Shown piece by piece: positions 27,119-37,079 of a DNA stretch of 64,000 nt (its first letter is position 1; every line of letters begins with the position of its first letter). The position numbers and the translations under genes were made by a program. Source of the stretch: Bacteroidota bacterium (GTDB taxonomy: Bacteria; Bacteroidota; Bacteroidia; Flavobacteriales_D; UBA2798). The DNA is taken from the NCBI GenBank assembly GCA_049322335.1, contig JBMORL010000100.1, positions 3,723-67,722 on the forward strand. Reading direction: 5' to 3'. The notes under the pieces are model-generated. The model saw only the letters and a list, made by a program, of their open reading frames with translations, was not told the origin of the DNA and did no database searches.

Positions 27119-27535
27119 TTATTCTTCAAATACCTGAATTGTTACTTCCTTTTCTACCAAATCTGTAAACTTTCCTTCATATCTTGTGGCACGCACCATG
27201 TGATTATCGATCCAGTGATAGTTTCCTCCGCGGGGTTTGCCCATCAGCAGGCCGTGATAAAGAAAACCGTTTTTCTTCAGCCATTTTTCTGTTACCTCAC
27301 GGTGTTCTTCGGTTCGTGAAGTGAAAAATGTAATAACGTGTCCTTCCGTATACCACCGGTTAAGTGTTGTCAAAGCTTCGGGATAAAGCGCTGCTTCTTC
27401 CATTCTCCATGGTTCTTCATTGGGAATATCATCACAAATGGTTCCGTCAATGTCAATTAAATAATTTTTGATGTGCTGAGGCAGTACGGGACTTAACTTT
27501 TTTCCGTTTTCTTCGAGTTCAATGAGATTTTCCAT
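27119..27535 (-). CDS. HAD-superfamily phosphatase-like protein
   Basis: IDIDGTI motif I, FFTSR motif II, MGKPRGG..WID. Confidence 0.88.
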   Translation of the reverse strand: MENLIELEENGKKLSPVLPQHIKNYLIDIDGTICDDIPNEEPWRMEEAALYPEALTTLNRWYTEGHVITFFTSRTEEHREVTEKWLKKNGFLYHGLLMGKPRGGNYHWIDNHMVRATRYEGKFTDLVEKEVTIQVFEE

Positions 27536-27548
27536 TTTTTATTTTTAT

Positions 27549-27914
27549 CTATTTGGTTACTTTTCTTACCGTGTTATCAAAGGCTATGGCAGTGAGCTTT
27601 ACTTTATACAATTCCTTTTCTTCTTTTTCTTTTTTGTGGATAACCGTTATAGTAATTTCTTTATTCAGCATCTTCTTCGGAACGCGGATGAGGTATGTAT
27701 TTTCTCGTTTGTTCTTTACTACTTTGCAACCGGTTGCAGATACTGAAAGTTCGGTTTGTTCTATTTTTTCGGGAGCAATGATTTTTACCCGGTTTTCATA
27801 CCCCACAATCAGATTTTTTTTATTGGGATAAATTTCAATATACACCGAATCATTCTGCGCATACAGTGATCCTGATGTTATGAATATTGAAATAAAAAGC
27901 AGTATTGTTCTCAT
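27549..27914 (-). CDS. Small secreted protein resembling a GldM periplasmic Ig-like domain
   Basis: Signal peptide MRTILLFISIFITSGSLYA; NLIVGYENRVKI...LSVSATGC...YLIRV. Confidence 0.6.
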   Translation of the reverse strand: MRTILLFISIFITSGSLYAQNDSVYIEIYPNKKNLIVGYENRVKIIAPEKIEQTELSVSATGCKVVKNKRENTYLIRVPKKMLNKEITITVIHKKEKEEKELYKVKLTAIAFDNTVRKVTK

Positions 27915-27996
27915 AATTATCCTATTGATCTCCACACATATTGTTTTACCTGTTTTCATCTTCCATCTAATATCTCACAGTCTGATATCTTCTCTC

Positions 27997-29310
27997 TCAT
28001 TCATCTTTCCATTTCAACCGATCAGCAGCCGGGAACTGCCAGGGCGCCCCGTTGTTTTCTATATTGGTAAACATCAACGCCAGTTCCTGCGGTGCTTTCG
28101 ATTCTTCCATTACGAGGTATCTTCTCAGGTCAACGATAATCGAAAGCGGATCGATATTCACCGGGCATTCCTGTGTACAGGCATTACAGGAAGTGCAGGC
28201 CCATAATTCTTCGGGTAAAATATAATCTCCCAACAGTGATTTATTGTCATTAAAATCTTTTCCGTTCTTTTTTCTTCCTTCCACCACCTCTTCTATACGA
28301 TCGCGCGTATCCATCATTATCTTTCGGGGAGAAAGCAGTTTTCCGGTTTGATTGGCGGGACATGAAGAGGAACACCTTCCGCATTCGGTACACGAATACG
28401 CATCCATCAACTGCTTCCATGTTAAATCAGTCACGTCTTTTGCGCCAAAACGTTTGGGAGCTGCATCAGCCGGAGGAGCTGCATACGGATTGGCATTGGG
28501 GTCGAGCATGAGCTTCACTTCGCTGGTAACACTTTCGAGGTTGGTAAATTTTCCTTTGCGGTTAAGGTTAGAGAAAAACACATTGGGAAATGCCAGAATG
28601 ATATGAAAATGTTTGGAATAAGGAAGATAATTGAGAAAAGCCAGTATCCCCACAATATGAAACCACCAGCATAATCTTTCGATGAGCACCAATGCGCCTT
28701 CATTTATTCCCGACAATAACGGTGCAACGATGGTTGAACTAACGGGGAAGGAACCTGCGCTGATATAGTGATCCGCTTTCCCCTGGAGCAAATGGTCTGC
28801 TGCATTCATGGTAAGAAAAGCGGTCATCAGTAAAATTTCGGTGATAAGAATAAGATTCGCGTCCGATTTGGGCCATTTGGTCATTTCCCGGTAGTGAAAC
28901 CGTTTTACTTTTATAATATTTCTCCTGATAAGAAAAACTGCACAGGCAATCCACGTTAGAATGGCGAGGATTTCGAATGCACCGATCAAAAAATCATAAA
29001 ATCCTCCGGCAAAGGCGAAAGAACGATGAGCTCCGGTAACTCCATCCACCACTATTTCCAGCACTTCGATATTGATAATAAGAAAACCGGCATACACGAA
29101 GAAGTGAAGTACGCCCACCAGCGGCCTGGTCATCATTTTAGATTGTCCAAATGCCACACGCAGCATCGTTTTCCACCTTTCGGAAGAATGATCCGATCTG
29201 TCAATCGGTTGCCCGAGGCGAATCCCGGAAATGATATCACGTACTTTTAAGGAAAATAAAACGACTGCCGAGATAAAAAACGCGATGAATACTACGTTTT
29301 CTGCGCCCAT
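27997..29310 (-). CDS. Membrane Fe-S oxidoreductase (TM region plus 4Fe-4S dicluster; N-terminal half of a FadF-like enzyme)
   Basis: TM His residues, PYSKHFH, CTECGRCSSSCP and CTSCNACTQECP. Confidence 0.92.
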   Translation of the reverse strand: MGAENVVFIAFFISAVVLFSLKVRDIISGIRLGQPIDRSDHSSERWKTMLRVAFGQSKMMTRPLVGVLHFFVYAGFLIINIEVLEIVVDGVTGAHRSFAFAGGFYDFLIGAFEILAILTWIACAVFLIRRNIIKVKRFHYREMTKWPKSDANLILITEILLMTAFLTMNAADHLLQGKADHYISAGSFPVSSTIVAPLLSGINEGALVLIERLCWWFHIVGILAFLNYLPYSKHFHIILAFPNVFFSNLNRKGKFTNLESVTSEVKLMLDPNANPYAAPPADAAPKRFGAKDVTDLTWKQLMDAYSCTECGRCSSSCPANQTGKLLSPRKIMMDTRDRIEEVVEGRKKNGKDFNDNKSLLGDYILPEELWACTSCNACTQECPVNIDPLSIIVDLRRYLVMEESKAPQELALMFTNIENNGAPWQFPAADRLKWKDE

Positions 29311-29311
29311 A

Positions 29312-30352
29312 TTAATCTTTTAATAACTCTTTTAATTTCTTTTCTTCCTTAGCATCCAGCTTCAATCCCTTTTCCTTTCTTCCTATTACAGAAAAATGCA
29401 GGTAGCGGTTGGGATGTTCTTTCACATTTTCAATCAGCCTGACGAGTTGCTGATTGGTGGCATGCACTTCGTTATACAAACTATCTGTCATTACCAGTTT
29501 TCCAAACGAACCTTCTCCGTTATTGATCTTTTCCATTATGTTTGAAAATTTTTCGAGATTTTCTTTTACTTTATTGATAGTGGCTGTAATATCAGCACCG
29601 GCAATAGAATCGGAGATAGCGGCCATATTATCTATCGTTTTATCAATAGACGAATTATTTTTCTGGATATTGGCAGCCACGTTATCGATTTTACTCAGGA
29701 TAGAAGAAACTTTTCCCCGTTCAGTTTCCACCATCTCATCAATTTTAGCGGTAATGCTCTGCAGGTTATTGAGTGATTTTTTAATGGTCTGAATACTTAA
29801 TGCAAGATCTTCCTTATTATCTCCCAAAACCGAAGAAACCACTGTTACCATTGTATCAAGTGATGCGAGTAACTCTTCTGCTTTCTTTTTTATAGGCGCA
29901 ATCTGGGCATCTACTTTTTCGGTAAGCGATTGCTGGCCTTCACCAAAAAGTGTATCTCCTTTTTCGATATCCGGCCCCGGCATGGGAACTATTTCCATAG
30001 CACGGTTTAAGAAATCGGAACTGATAAGTCGCGCGATGCTGTTTTTTGAGAACTGAAAGTCATCATTATCGATTACAAACGTCACAAAATGTTTATACAC
30101 CAACGCTGGTTTTCCGGTAGAATCTTTCACTTCTACCTCAATCAGGTTCATTTCTGTTATCTGTCCAACTTTTAATCCATTATACAAAACAGGGCTTGCG
30201 GGAGTAATTCCATCCACACGGTCGTATATGGCGTGATATTCTCGCTGATTCATAAACAGGTCAATCCCTTTCAGGTAATTAATACCATAGATGAGAAAGG
30301 CTATCGAAACGATAACCACCAACCCGACTCTAATTTCTTTTGATCCTTTCAA
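29312..30352 (-). CDS. mlaD: MlaD/MCE family protein
   Basis: SKEIRVGL TM, GITPASPVLYNGLKVGQI, GEGSFGKLV..DSLY, HPNRYLHFS. Confidence 0.9.
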   Translation of the reverse strand: MKGSKEIRVGLVVIVSIAFLIYGINYLKGIDLFMNQREYHAIYDRVDGITPASPVLYNGLKVGQITEMNLIEVEVKDSTGKPALVYKHFVTFVIDNDDFQFSKNSIARLISSDFLNRAMEIVPMPGPDIEKGDTLFGEGQQSLTEKVDAQIAPIKKKAEELLASLDTMVTVVSSVLGDNKEDLALSIQTIKKSLNNLQSITAKIDEMVETERGKVSSILSKIDNVAANIQKNNSSIDKTIDNMAAISDSIAGADITATINKVKENLEKFSNIMEKINNGEGSFGKLVMTDSLYNEVHATNQQLVRLIENVKEHPNRYLHFSVIGRKEKGLKLDAKEEKKLKELLKD

Positions 30353-30370
30353 TGAAATCTGTATTCCGCT

Positions 30371-31522
30371 TTAGTCGATTCGTTTCCCGTTTTGGAATTT
30401 AATGATAAAGGCGTTTTTATATCCTTTATCCCGGGCTTCCGACATCAGCTTTTTTGCTTCGTCAAAATTATTACTTTTTCCGTAAGTGTACTTATAAATA
30501 TTATTATGCTGGTAAACTTCAACAGCAGTAAGGCCTTTAAAATTTTCAGCAGTTATTTCCAGCGGGTCGGATGAAGTGGCAATCTGCACTTTATACACTA
30601 TTTTTCCGTCATCGGCTATTGCGGGTTCCTCTTTTTTCAACACTGTATCTTTCACCACCGGGTTTTCGTCTGTATTGATTTTTACTCCGTTTTTGGTATC
30701 AATTTCATTTTTGTAATCAACAAAGGCTTTAAAAATAGACGCAGCAATATCTTCCTGGCTTTGTTTGTCATTTAACGTTTTTTCTTCTTCGGTGTTGGTA
30801 AGAAACCCCGTTTCTATCAGCACACTGGGCATATTTACCTGGTGAAGCACAAGAAACCCGGCCTGTTTCACTCCCCGGTCGGTGATTTTCGGGGTATTTA
30901 CCATATATGCCTGAATTTTTTCGGCAAAGCTCATGCTTTGTTTCATGTAAATAGACTGGGTGTAATTTAAGATAATCCATGTGTCGGGGTCTTTGGGGTC
31001 AAATCCTTTGTATCGTGATTTATAATCGTCTTCCATCATAATAACATCGTTCTCACGTTGTGCCACTTTAAGCTGTGATTCGGAGCGGTGTAATCCCAAA
31101 ACGTAAGTTTCTGTTCCTTTGGCATGCTCAGGCCCCGAATTGGCGTGAATACAAATAAACAAGTCGGCTTTTGCACGATTGGCAATATGGGCGCGTTCGG
31201 CCAGGTCTACAAACTTATCTTCGGTGCGGGTATAAATGATCTTAATTTTGTCTCCGTATTTTTCCTTTACCATTTCGCCAAACTTCAGCGAAATAGCCAG
31301 TGCCACATCGGCCTCATGGGTTTTGGCAGGCCCTATACAGCCGGGGTCTTTTCCTCCATGGCCGGGGTCAATTACGATAGTTCGTATCCCCAGTGAATCA
31401 TTTCCCGCCTTTAAAGGCTGTGAAAAAAAGTTAAAGCAAAGAAAAAAGGCAAGAAAAGCCGTGCAAAACCGTTGTGTTAACTGTGATGCGGAAACTATAC
31501 GATTGATGTTCAGCGTTTTCAT
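30371..31522 (-). CDS. N-acetylmuramoyl-L-alanine amidase (Amidase_3) with SPOR-like C-terminus
   Basis: IDPGHGGKDPG, ICIHAN, SVLIETGF; YKVQIA...AFII. Confidence 0.95.
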   Translation of the reverse strand: MKTLNINRIVSASQLTQRFCTAFLAFFLCFNFFSQPLKAGNDSLGIRTIVIDPGHGGKDPGCIGPAKTHEADVALAISLKFGEMVKEKYGDKIKIIYTRTEDKFVDLAERAHIANRAKADLFICIHANSGPEHAKGTETYVLGLHRSESQLKVAQRENDVIMMEDDYKSRYKGFDPKDPDTWIILNYTQSIYMKQSMSFAEKIQAYMVNTPKITDRGVKQAGFLVLHQVNMPSVLIETGFLTNTEEEKTLNDKQSQEDIAASIFKAFVDYKNEIDTKNGVKINTDENPVVKDTVLKKEEPAIADDGKIVYKVQIATSSDPLEITAENFKGLTAVEVYQHNNIYKYTYGKSNNFDEAKKLMSEARDKGYKNAFIIKFQNGKRID

Positions 31523-31588
31523 AAACAGGTTAATTAATTAGCTTTGTGCCAGTTAAAACACCAGGTTTACAAAATTAGTACCAACCCC

Positions 31589-34129
31589 TTGCAGGTGCCC
31601 CGGCTATTCATACTATTTATCCTCGTTGGCGTGTTGATAAACGTACAGGCGGCCACAATGGTTACAAGCCCGTTAGCCCGTAAATACACGCTTCCCGACA
31701 CTTTAAAAACCGATACTTTAAAAAAAGACAATCCGCTTAAATCAGAGTTATTTTATAAGGCCAAAGATTCCATTCGTTTTGAACTGGAAAACCAGGTAGT
31801 GTTTTTGTTTGGCAGTGCCGAAGTGAATTATGATGGCACAAAACTAACAGCGGGATATATCGAATACAATTTCAGGGAAGGAACTGTTTTTGCCACTTCA
31901 TTAAAAGACAGTGCCGGCCAGCCGGTGGGCAAACCCGAATTTGATGATGGTCAACAAACTTTAACCGCTTCTGAAATTCGCTACAACTTTGATACAAAAA
32001 AAGGATTGATAAAAGAAGTGCGTACCCAGCAGGGCGAAGGTTATATACATATGGACATTTCCAAGCGACAGCCCAGTGAAGAAGTGCATCTTGCCGGGGG
32101 AAAATATACCACCTGTAATCTCGACCATCCGCATTATTATTTCAAACTGAGAAAAGCTATTGTGATACCTGATGATAAAATCGTTTCAGGGCCGGTAAAC
32201 CTGGTGATTGCCGATATGCCTACTCCGTTAGCCCTTCCTTTTGGCTTTTTTCCGAATAAAAAACGAGAGTCGAAAGGCATCATTATTCCCCAATACGGAG
32301 AATCGCAGCAAATGGGATTTTACCTGCTGAATGGCGGTTATTATTTTCCTGTTGGAAAAAAACTGGATATGCAGTTGCTGGGCGATATCTATTCGCGGGG
32401 AAGCTGGGCTTTAAAAAATATAACGCGGTATATCAATCGTTATCATTACAGCGGATACCTGAATCTTTCGTTCAACGAAATGCGGAGAAGCGATCCTGAA
32501 TTTCCCGATTTTTCTGTGACCCGGTCGTTTTTTGTGAGATGGGATCATAAACAAGACATCAAAGCGCATCCTTACCGCAGGTTCAGCGCCAACGTAAATG
32601 CCGGAAGCACCAATAACTTCCAGAATAATTTCAATACCTATTCACAGGATTATCTTTCCAACGTATTCCAGTCGAACATCAGTTTCTCGTATATGTTTCC
32701 CAATAAGCCGTTTAATTTATCGGTGAACCTGAAACATAACCAAAGCACGCAAACCAAACTGGTGAACTTAACTCTTCCCGAACTGGCATTTAACGTTACG
32801 CGCTTTTATCCTTTCGGAAAATGGAAAACAAAAACCAACGCCATTGCCAAAGCCATCGGAAACATCGGGGTTTCCTATAATACGAATGCAAAATACGATA
32901 TCAGTGTGCCCGATTCGCTCATTCAACTGGATAACCTGGATACGCTAACCCGTTTTTCCCGTTCAGGAATAAAACACAACGCCTCCACCACTACTTCCTT
33001 CAAATTATTCAACCAGAAATTCACCTTCAATCCCGCGTTCAATTTTTCGGAACGATGGTACCTGCAAACATTAGGCAAATACTGGGATAATGATCTTCAA
33101 AAAACCATTACCGACACACTCAACGGTTTTAAGCGTGCGCATGAATACAATCTCAGCGCCTCACTCACCACAAAGTTGTATGGAATGTACAGCTTTAAAG
33201 GAAAACGCAATACAAAACTGAGGCATGTGCTTACACCGGTAGTGAATTTTACCTATCGTCCTGATTTCGGTTCGCAGGTTTACGGATATTTTGATAACAA
33301 TTCCACGGTAGATTCCTATTCTCCCTTCGATTTGGGAGTTTATGGAAAACCATCCGCCAATGAATCGGGACTGGTGTCGATGAGCCTGGTGAATAACCTG
33401 GAGATGAAAATGAAATCGAAAAAAGATACGGTAACCGGTTATAAAAAACTGGTGCTGATCGAAAACTTTACATTCAGTTCATCCTACGATCTGTTTAAAG
33501 ATTCTCTTAACCTCAGCAATATTATTTTAAGCGGCCGCACCAAACTGCTGAAGAACCTGAGTTTGGTATATAATGGTGTGCTTGATCCCTATGTGTATGA
33601 AAACGGAAGTATAACTAACGCATTGGCCATTAGCGAAGGAAAAGGTCCCGGGAGAATTACTGTAAATGATTTCAACCTGCAGGGAAGCCTGAAAAGCAAA
33701 AAGAAAAAAGCCAGCGAAAAACCAGCCGGTGCCGATGAAGACGAACTGGAAGAAATAAACCGTAACAGCGAAAATTATGTCGACTTTAACCTTCCCTGGT
33801 CGCTTACACTTAATTACAAGCTGCGCACAACGAGAAGTTTTGTAAATGATACCGACACCACTATCATCACACAGGCACTGGGCACTGCGGGCGACTTTTT
33901 ATTAACCCCGAAATGGAAAATCGGGTTTCTCGCCAATTATGATTTTACCCAGGGAGAATTCAGTTATGTTGAACTAAATGTTTACCGCGATCTGCATTGC
34001 TGGGAAATGCGTTTTAACTGGATACCTTTTGGCAACCGGCAAAGCTATATGATACAGATCAACATTAAATCTTCCCTGCTGCAAGACCTGAAACTAATGC
34101 GCAGAAGAAGCTGGGTGGATACAATTTGA
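31589..34129 (+). CDS. lptD: LPS-assembly outer membrane protein LptD (Bacteroidota type)
   Basis: YTTCNLDHPHY, PTPLALPFGFFP, RDLHCWEMRFNWIPFG; start moved downstream because TTG 31544 lies inside the TAGCTTTG promoter element (31539-31546); exact start uncertain. Confidence 0.88.
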   Translation: MQVPRLFILFILVGVLINVQAATMVTSPLARKYTLPDTLKTDTLKKDNPLKSELFYKAKDSIRFELENQVVFLFGSAEVNYDGTKLTAGYIEYNFREGTVFATSLKDSAGQPVGKPEFDDGQQTLTASEIRYNFDTKKGLIKEVRTQQGEGYIHMDISKRQPSEEVHLAGGKYTTCNLDHPHYYFKLRKAIVIPDDKIVSGPVNLVIADMPTPLALPFGFFPNKKRESKGIIIPQYGESQQMGFYLLNGGYYFPVGKKLDMQLLGDIYSRGSWALKNITRYINRYHYSGYLNLSFNEMRRSDPEFPDFSVTRSFFVRWDHKQDIKAHPYRRFSANVNAGSTNNFQNNFNTYSQDYLSNVFQSNISFSYMFPNKPFNLSVNLKHNQSTQTKLVNLTLPELAFNVTRFYPFGKWKTKTNAIAKAIGNIGVSYNTNAKYDISVPDSLIQLDNLDTLTRFSRSGIKHNASTTTSFKLFNQKFTFNPAFNFSERWYLQTLGKYWDNDLQKTITDTLNGFKRAHEYNLSASLTTKLYGMYSFKGKRNTKLRHVLTPVVNFTYRPDFGSQVYGYFDNNSTVDSYSPFDLGVYGKPSANESGLVSMSLVNNLEMKMKSKKDTVTGYKKLVLIENFTFSSSYDLFKDSLNLSNIILSGRTKLLKNLSLVYNGVLDPYVYENGSITNALAISEGKGPGRITVNDFNLQGSLKSKKKKASEKPAGADEDELEEINRNSENYVDFNLPWSLTLNYKLRTTRSFVNDTDTTIITQALGTAGDFLLTPKWKIGFLANYDFTQGEFSYVELNVYRDLHCWEMRFNWIPFGNRQSYMIQINIKSSLLQDLKLMRRRSWVDTI

Positions 34130-34180
34130 GTCAGTGGGTCATTGGTCATTGATCATTCGTCACTTTTCACTTTTCACTTT
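34130..34180. repeat. Heptamer tract (TTGGTCA drifting to TTTTCAC)
   Basis: gggtcat tggtcat tgatcat tcgtcac ttttcac ttttcac; the last units overlap the msrB stop. Confidence 0.78.
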
Positions 34181-34607
34181 CATCCACCGGTGGTTTTTCG
34201 CTGGCGGGCTCACTCTTTTCAAACTTTATCGACAGCGAATTCACGCAATACCGCAATCCCGATTCTGTTGGGCCGTCATTGAAAATATGTCCGAGGTGGC
34301 CTCCGCAGGAAGCGCAAACAATTTCGGTGCGGATCATTCCGTAACTGGTATCTTTTATTTTTTTGATTTTTTCACCGGCTCCAATCTCTCCGTCAAAACC
34401 TGGCCATCCGCAATGCGAATTGAATTTGGAAGAAGAATCAAACAATTCTTCCCCGCATCCCCGGCAGTGATATTTGCCACTTTCAAAATGCAGGTTATAT
34501 TCCCCCGAAAAAGGCCGCTCTGTACCTTTTTGCCTTAGCACATGGTACGCTTCGGGGCCCAGTTCTGCGAGCCATTCTTTTTCTGTTTTTTCTACTTTTT
34601 TACCCAT
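34167..34607 (-). CDS. msrB: Peptide-methionine (R)-S-oxide reductase
   Basis: GTERPFSG, CRGC, GHLGHIFNDGP, RYCVNS. Confidence 0.96.
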   Translation of the reverse strand: MGKKVEKTEKEWLAELGPEAYHVLRQKGTERPFSGEYNLHFESGKYHCRGCGEELFDSSSKFNSHCGWPGFDGEIGAGEKIKKIKDTSYGMIRTEIVCASCGGHLGHIFNDGPTESGLRYCVNSLSIKFEKSEPASEKPPVDESEK

Positions 34608-34676
34608 TTAATCAACAGGATTAGCCATTAAATAAAAACCTGAACCGTTCAAGCTGCTTTTCGTACATTAACTGCA

Positions 34677-35672
34677 ATGCTTACTTTTGCGCAAGTGGAA
34701 ACGAAAGATAGGAAAAACAAGCGATTCAGGCATGAGTTGGTAACGTTTTACACCCTTTTGCTGGTGCTGATCGTGCTATTGATCGCTTTTCCCCTTTTTA
34801 TCATTATCTACAATCATATTCCCCCTATCTACCTTCCTTTTACCGATGACGTAAGAATAGACCATATCCTTACATTCCTGGTTGTTTTTGCGGTACTTTA
34901 TTTCATAGCCCGTAAAATCAGGCATTTTCTTTACCTCGGATTCGGCACTTTTATATTCACATTGGTCATTTTAAATTATACCGGCCGCTACTCTTTTCAG
35001 CAGCTTTATCACGACTATTCATCTTTCGTCTACAGTCTCAACAAAACAGCTATCCGGTTCGAGTTTATTGACGATCCCAATGAAAAGCTCACCAGTTTTC
35101 CTCATGAAGCTGAATTTCGCGAAGCTATTGATTATACCCATGAAATTGTGCGTAATTATGCTGCTGAAATTGCTGTTGCCCATTTTGAGGAATACAGCAA
35201 TGTGAATAACATGCGGCTTATCCAGTTTTTTTCCATTTTTAAAGAAATAAGGAAAAAATGGAGATATGTATACGACCCCATCGACCAGGATTATTTTTCA
35301 AAAGCCAGCGAAACCGTTAACCAGTTACGGTCAGACGGAAAATTTAAAGGTGATTGTGATGATTACTGCATACTGATGTCATCCTGCATAAAAGCCGTGG
35401 GGGGAAGAGTAAAAATTGTGAAAACTATGGTAGAAACACCCCAGGGCCAGATCGGGCATGTATATCCCGAAGTGCTGGTAGGAAATGTTAAAGACCTTGA
35501 AAACATCACTTATCTTATCAAACAGGTGCTCTTTGTGCAGGAAAACAACGATAAATCCATCTATTATCACCTCGATAACGATAATCTTGTCTGGCTGAAT
35601 TTCGATTACAACGACTATTATCCCGGGGGGAAATATCAAAGTAAACTGCGTAAAGCCGAGATGGAAGTATAA
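34677..35672 (+). CDS. Membrane-anchored transglutaminase-like domain protein
   Basis: Three N-terminal TM helices; WRYVYDP, GDCDDY, GHVYPEV, WLNFDY (Cys-His-Asp triad). Confidence 0.82.
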   Translation: MLTFAQVETKDRKNKRFRHELVTFYTLLLVLIVLLIAFPLFIIIYNHIPPIYLPFTDDVRIDHILTFLVVFAVLYFIARKIRHFLYLGFGTFIFTLVILNYTGRYSFQQLYHDYSSFVYSLNKTAIRFEFIDDPNEKLTSFPHEAEFREAIDYTHEIVRNYAAEIAVAHFEEYSNVNNMRLIQFFSIFKEIRKKWRYVYDPIDQDYFSKASETVNQLRSDGKFKGDCDDYCILMSSCIKAVGGRVKIVKTMVETPQGQIGHVYPEVLVGNVKDLENITYLIKQVLFVQENNDKSIYYHLDNDNLVWLNFDYNDYYPGGKYQSKLRKAEMEV

Positions 35673-35746
35673 AATACCCGTAATTTTCATTTTTTTCAGT
35701 TCTTTGGTTGCCGGATATTTTATTATTTTGTGCCAAATAGCCGAAT

Positions 35747-36133
35747 ATGAAAAACACCGGTACCATCATTACCCTGCTTTTTGCTGCCGTAGTGATTCTG
35801 TCCATAGCCTGCCAAAAGGAAAAAGCCAATCCGCAGATAGAATGTCCCCGTGAATACAAATTCTCTGCGGATGTACTGCCGATTCTTACCACCAAGTGCC
35901 GTTTCCCCGGTTGCCATGGTGATGCTTCCAACAGCGGATTTACCATGAACACATATGCAGAATTCAAGTGGGCGGTAGAAAACAAAGGTGTTCTGGCGGC
36001 TATCAAACACGAGGGCCCGGTAAAAATGCCAAGGCTTTATTACAATCAACCGGCTCCCGATTCACTGAAACTGCATGATACACTTATACAAGCTATAGAT
36101 TGCTGGGTGAGGCAAGGAATGCTTGATAATTAA
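35747..36133 (+). CDS. Lipoprotein with CxxxxCH cytochrome-c-like motif
   Basis: Lipobox SIAC; FSADVLPILTTKCRFPGCHG; MP axial-ligand candidate; W.RQG. Confidence 0.72.
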   Translation: MKNTGTIITLLFAAVVILSIACQKEKANPQIECPREYKFSADVLPILTTKCRFPGCHGDASNSGFTMNTYAEFKWAVENKGVLAAIKHEGPVKMPRLYYNQPAPDSLKLHDTLIQAIDCWVRQGMLDN

Positions 36134-36162
36134 TAATAATACCGAAAAAAACAAGACTGAAT

Positions 36163-37074
36163 ATGAAATGGATTACAACAACAATTTTCTCAGCTTTAGC
36201 TATGCTGACATTCGCAGGTGAGCCCGGGGAAAAGAAAAAACCGGCAGAAGAAGATGAAATGGTGGAAGCCAGCCCGGTGAAAACGTTTAATACTACGCGC
36301 ACCGTTAATGCCCATTCGGTGGAGATGCTGGGTAAACGCGAACTGGATTTCCGTATCCTTCACCGTTTTGGCGATATGGCCACCTCGGGAGCCGGAAAAA
36401 CACTTTTCGGAATTGATAATGCTGCTGATATCCGCATTTCGTTAGAATATGGCATCACCAAAAAACTTAATATCGGTATCGGGCGATCAAAAGGTGCAGG
36501 CCCGCAAACACAGTTGTTTGACGGTTATGTTAAATACAATATCCTCCGACAAATGGACGATAACTCCGTTCCCCTGAGCCTGGCTATACTGGGAACCTCT
36601 TCTATTTCTACCATGACCGCCTCTACCGACTCCACCTCACCTGTTTCTTTTCATGACGGTGAATGGACACAACGTTTGTCTTACTGTTCGCAATTACTCA
36701 TCTCACGCAAATTCGGTGAGGCGTTTTCATTACAGGTTATGCCCACTTATGTTCACAGGAATTTTGTTGCTTATGAGGATAAAAACGGAATTTTTTCGGT
36801 GGGCGTGGCTGCCCGTTTGAAAGTGGGAAAAAGCATACACCTGCTGGCGGAATATTTTCACCTGTTCCCCTCCAACCGCGTTGTGAACGGAACCACGTAC
36901 TATAACCCTATTGGCCTTGGTGTAGAGTTTGTAACATTCGGACATGTTTTTCATGTTACCATTACCAATTCTGCCGGAATCGGTGAAACGCAATTCATTC
37001 CACATACTTTTTCCGATCTCTCACAGGGGCAATTCCGGTTAGGTTTTACCATTTCAAGGATTTTTAACCTGTAA
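36163..37074 (+). CDS. DUF5777-like outer-membrane beta-barrel protein
   Basis: NAHSVE, LDFRILHRFG, FGID, GHVFHVTITN, LGFTISRIF. Confidence 0.85.
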   Translation: MKWITTTIFSALAMLTFAGEPGEKKKPAEEDEMVEASPVKTFNTTRTVNAHSVEMLGKRELDFRILHRFGDMATSGAGKTLFGIDNAADIRISLEYGITKKLNIGIGRSKGAGPQTQLFDGYVKYNILRQMDDNSVPLSLAILGTSSISTMTASTDSTSPVSFHDGEWTQRLSYCSQLLISRKFGEAFSLQVMPTYVHRNFVAYEDKNGIFSVGVAARLKVGKSIHLLAEYFHLFPSNRVVNGTTYYNPIGLGVEFVTFGHVFHVTITNSAGIGETQFIPHTFSDLSQGQFRLGFTISRIFNL

Positions 37075-37079
37075 GCTGC

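Noticed and set aside
25808..29310. Split FadF-like oxidoreductase as a pseudogene or novel fission
   Set aside because: Both halves are intact with their own starts; the two-gene form with an intervening HAD gene is, as far as I recall, normal in Flavobacteriia
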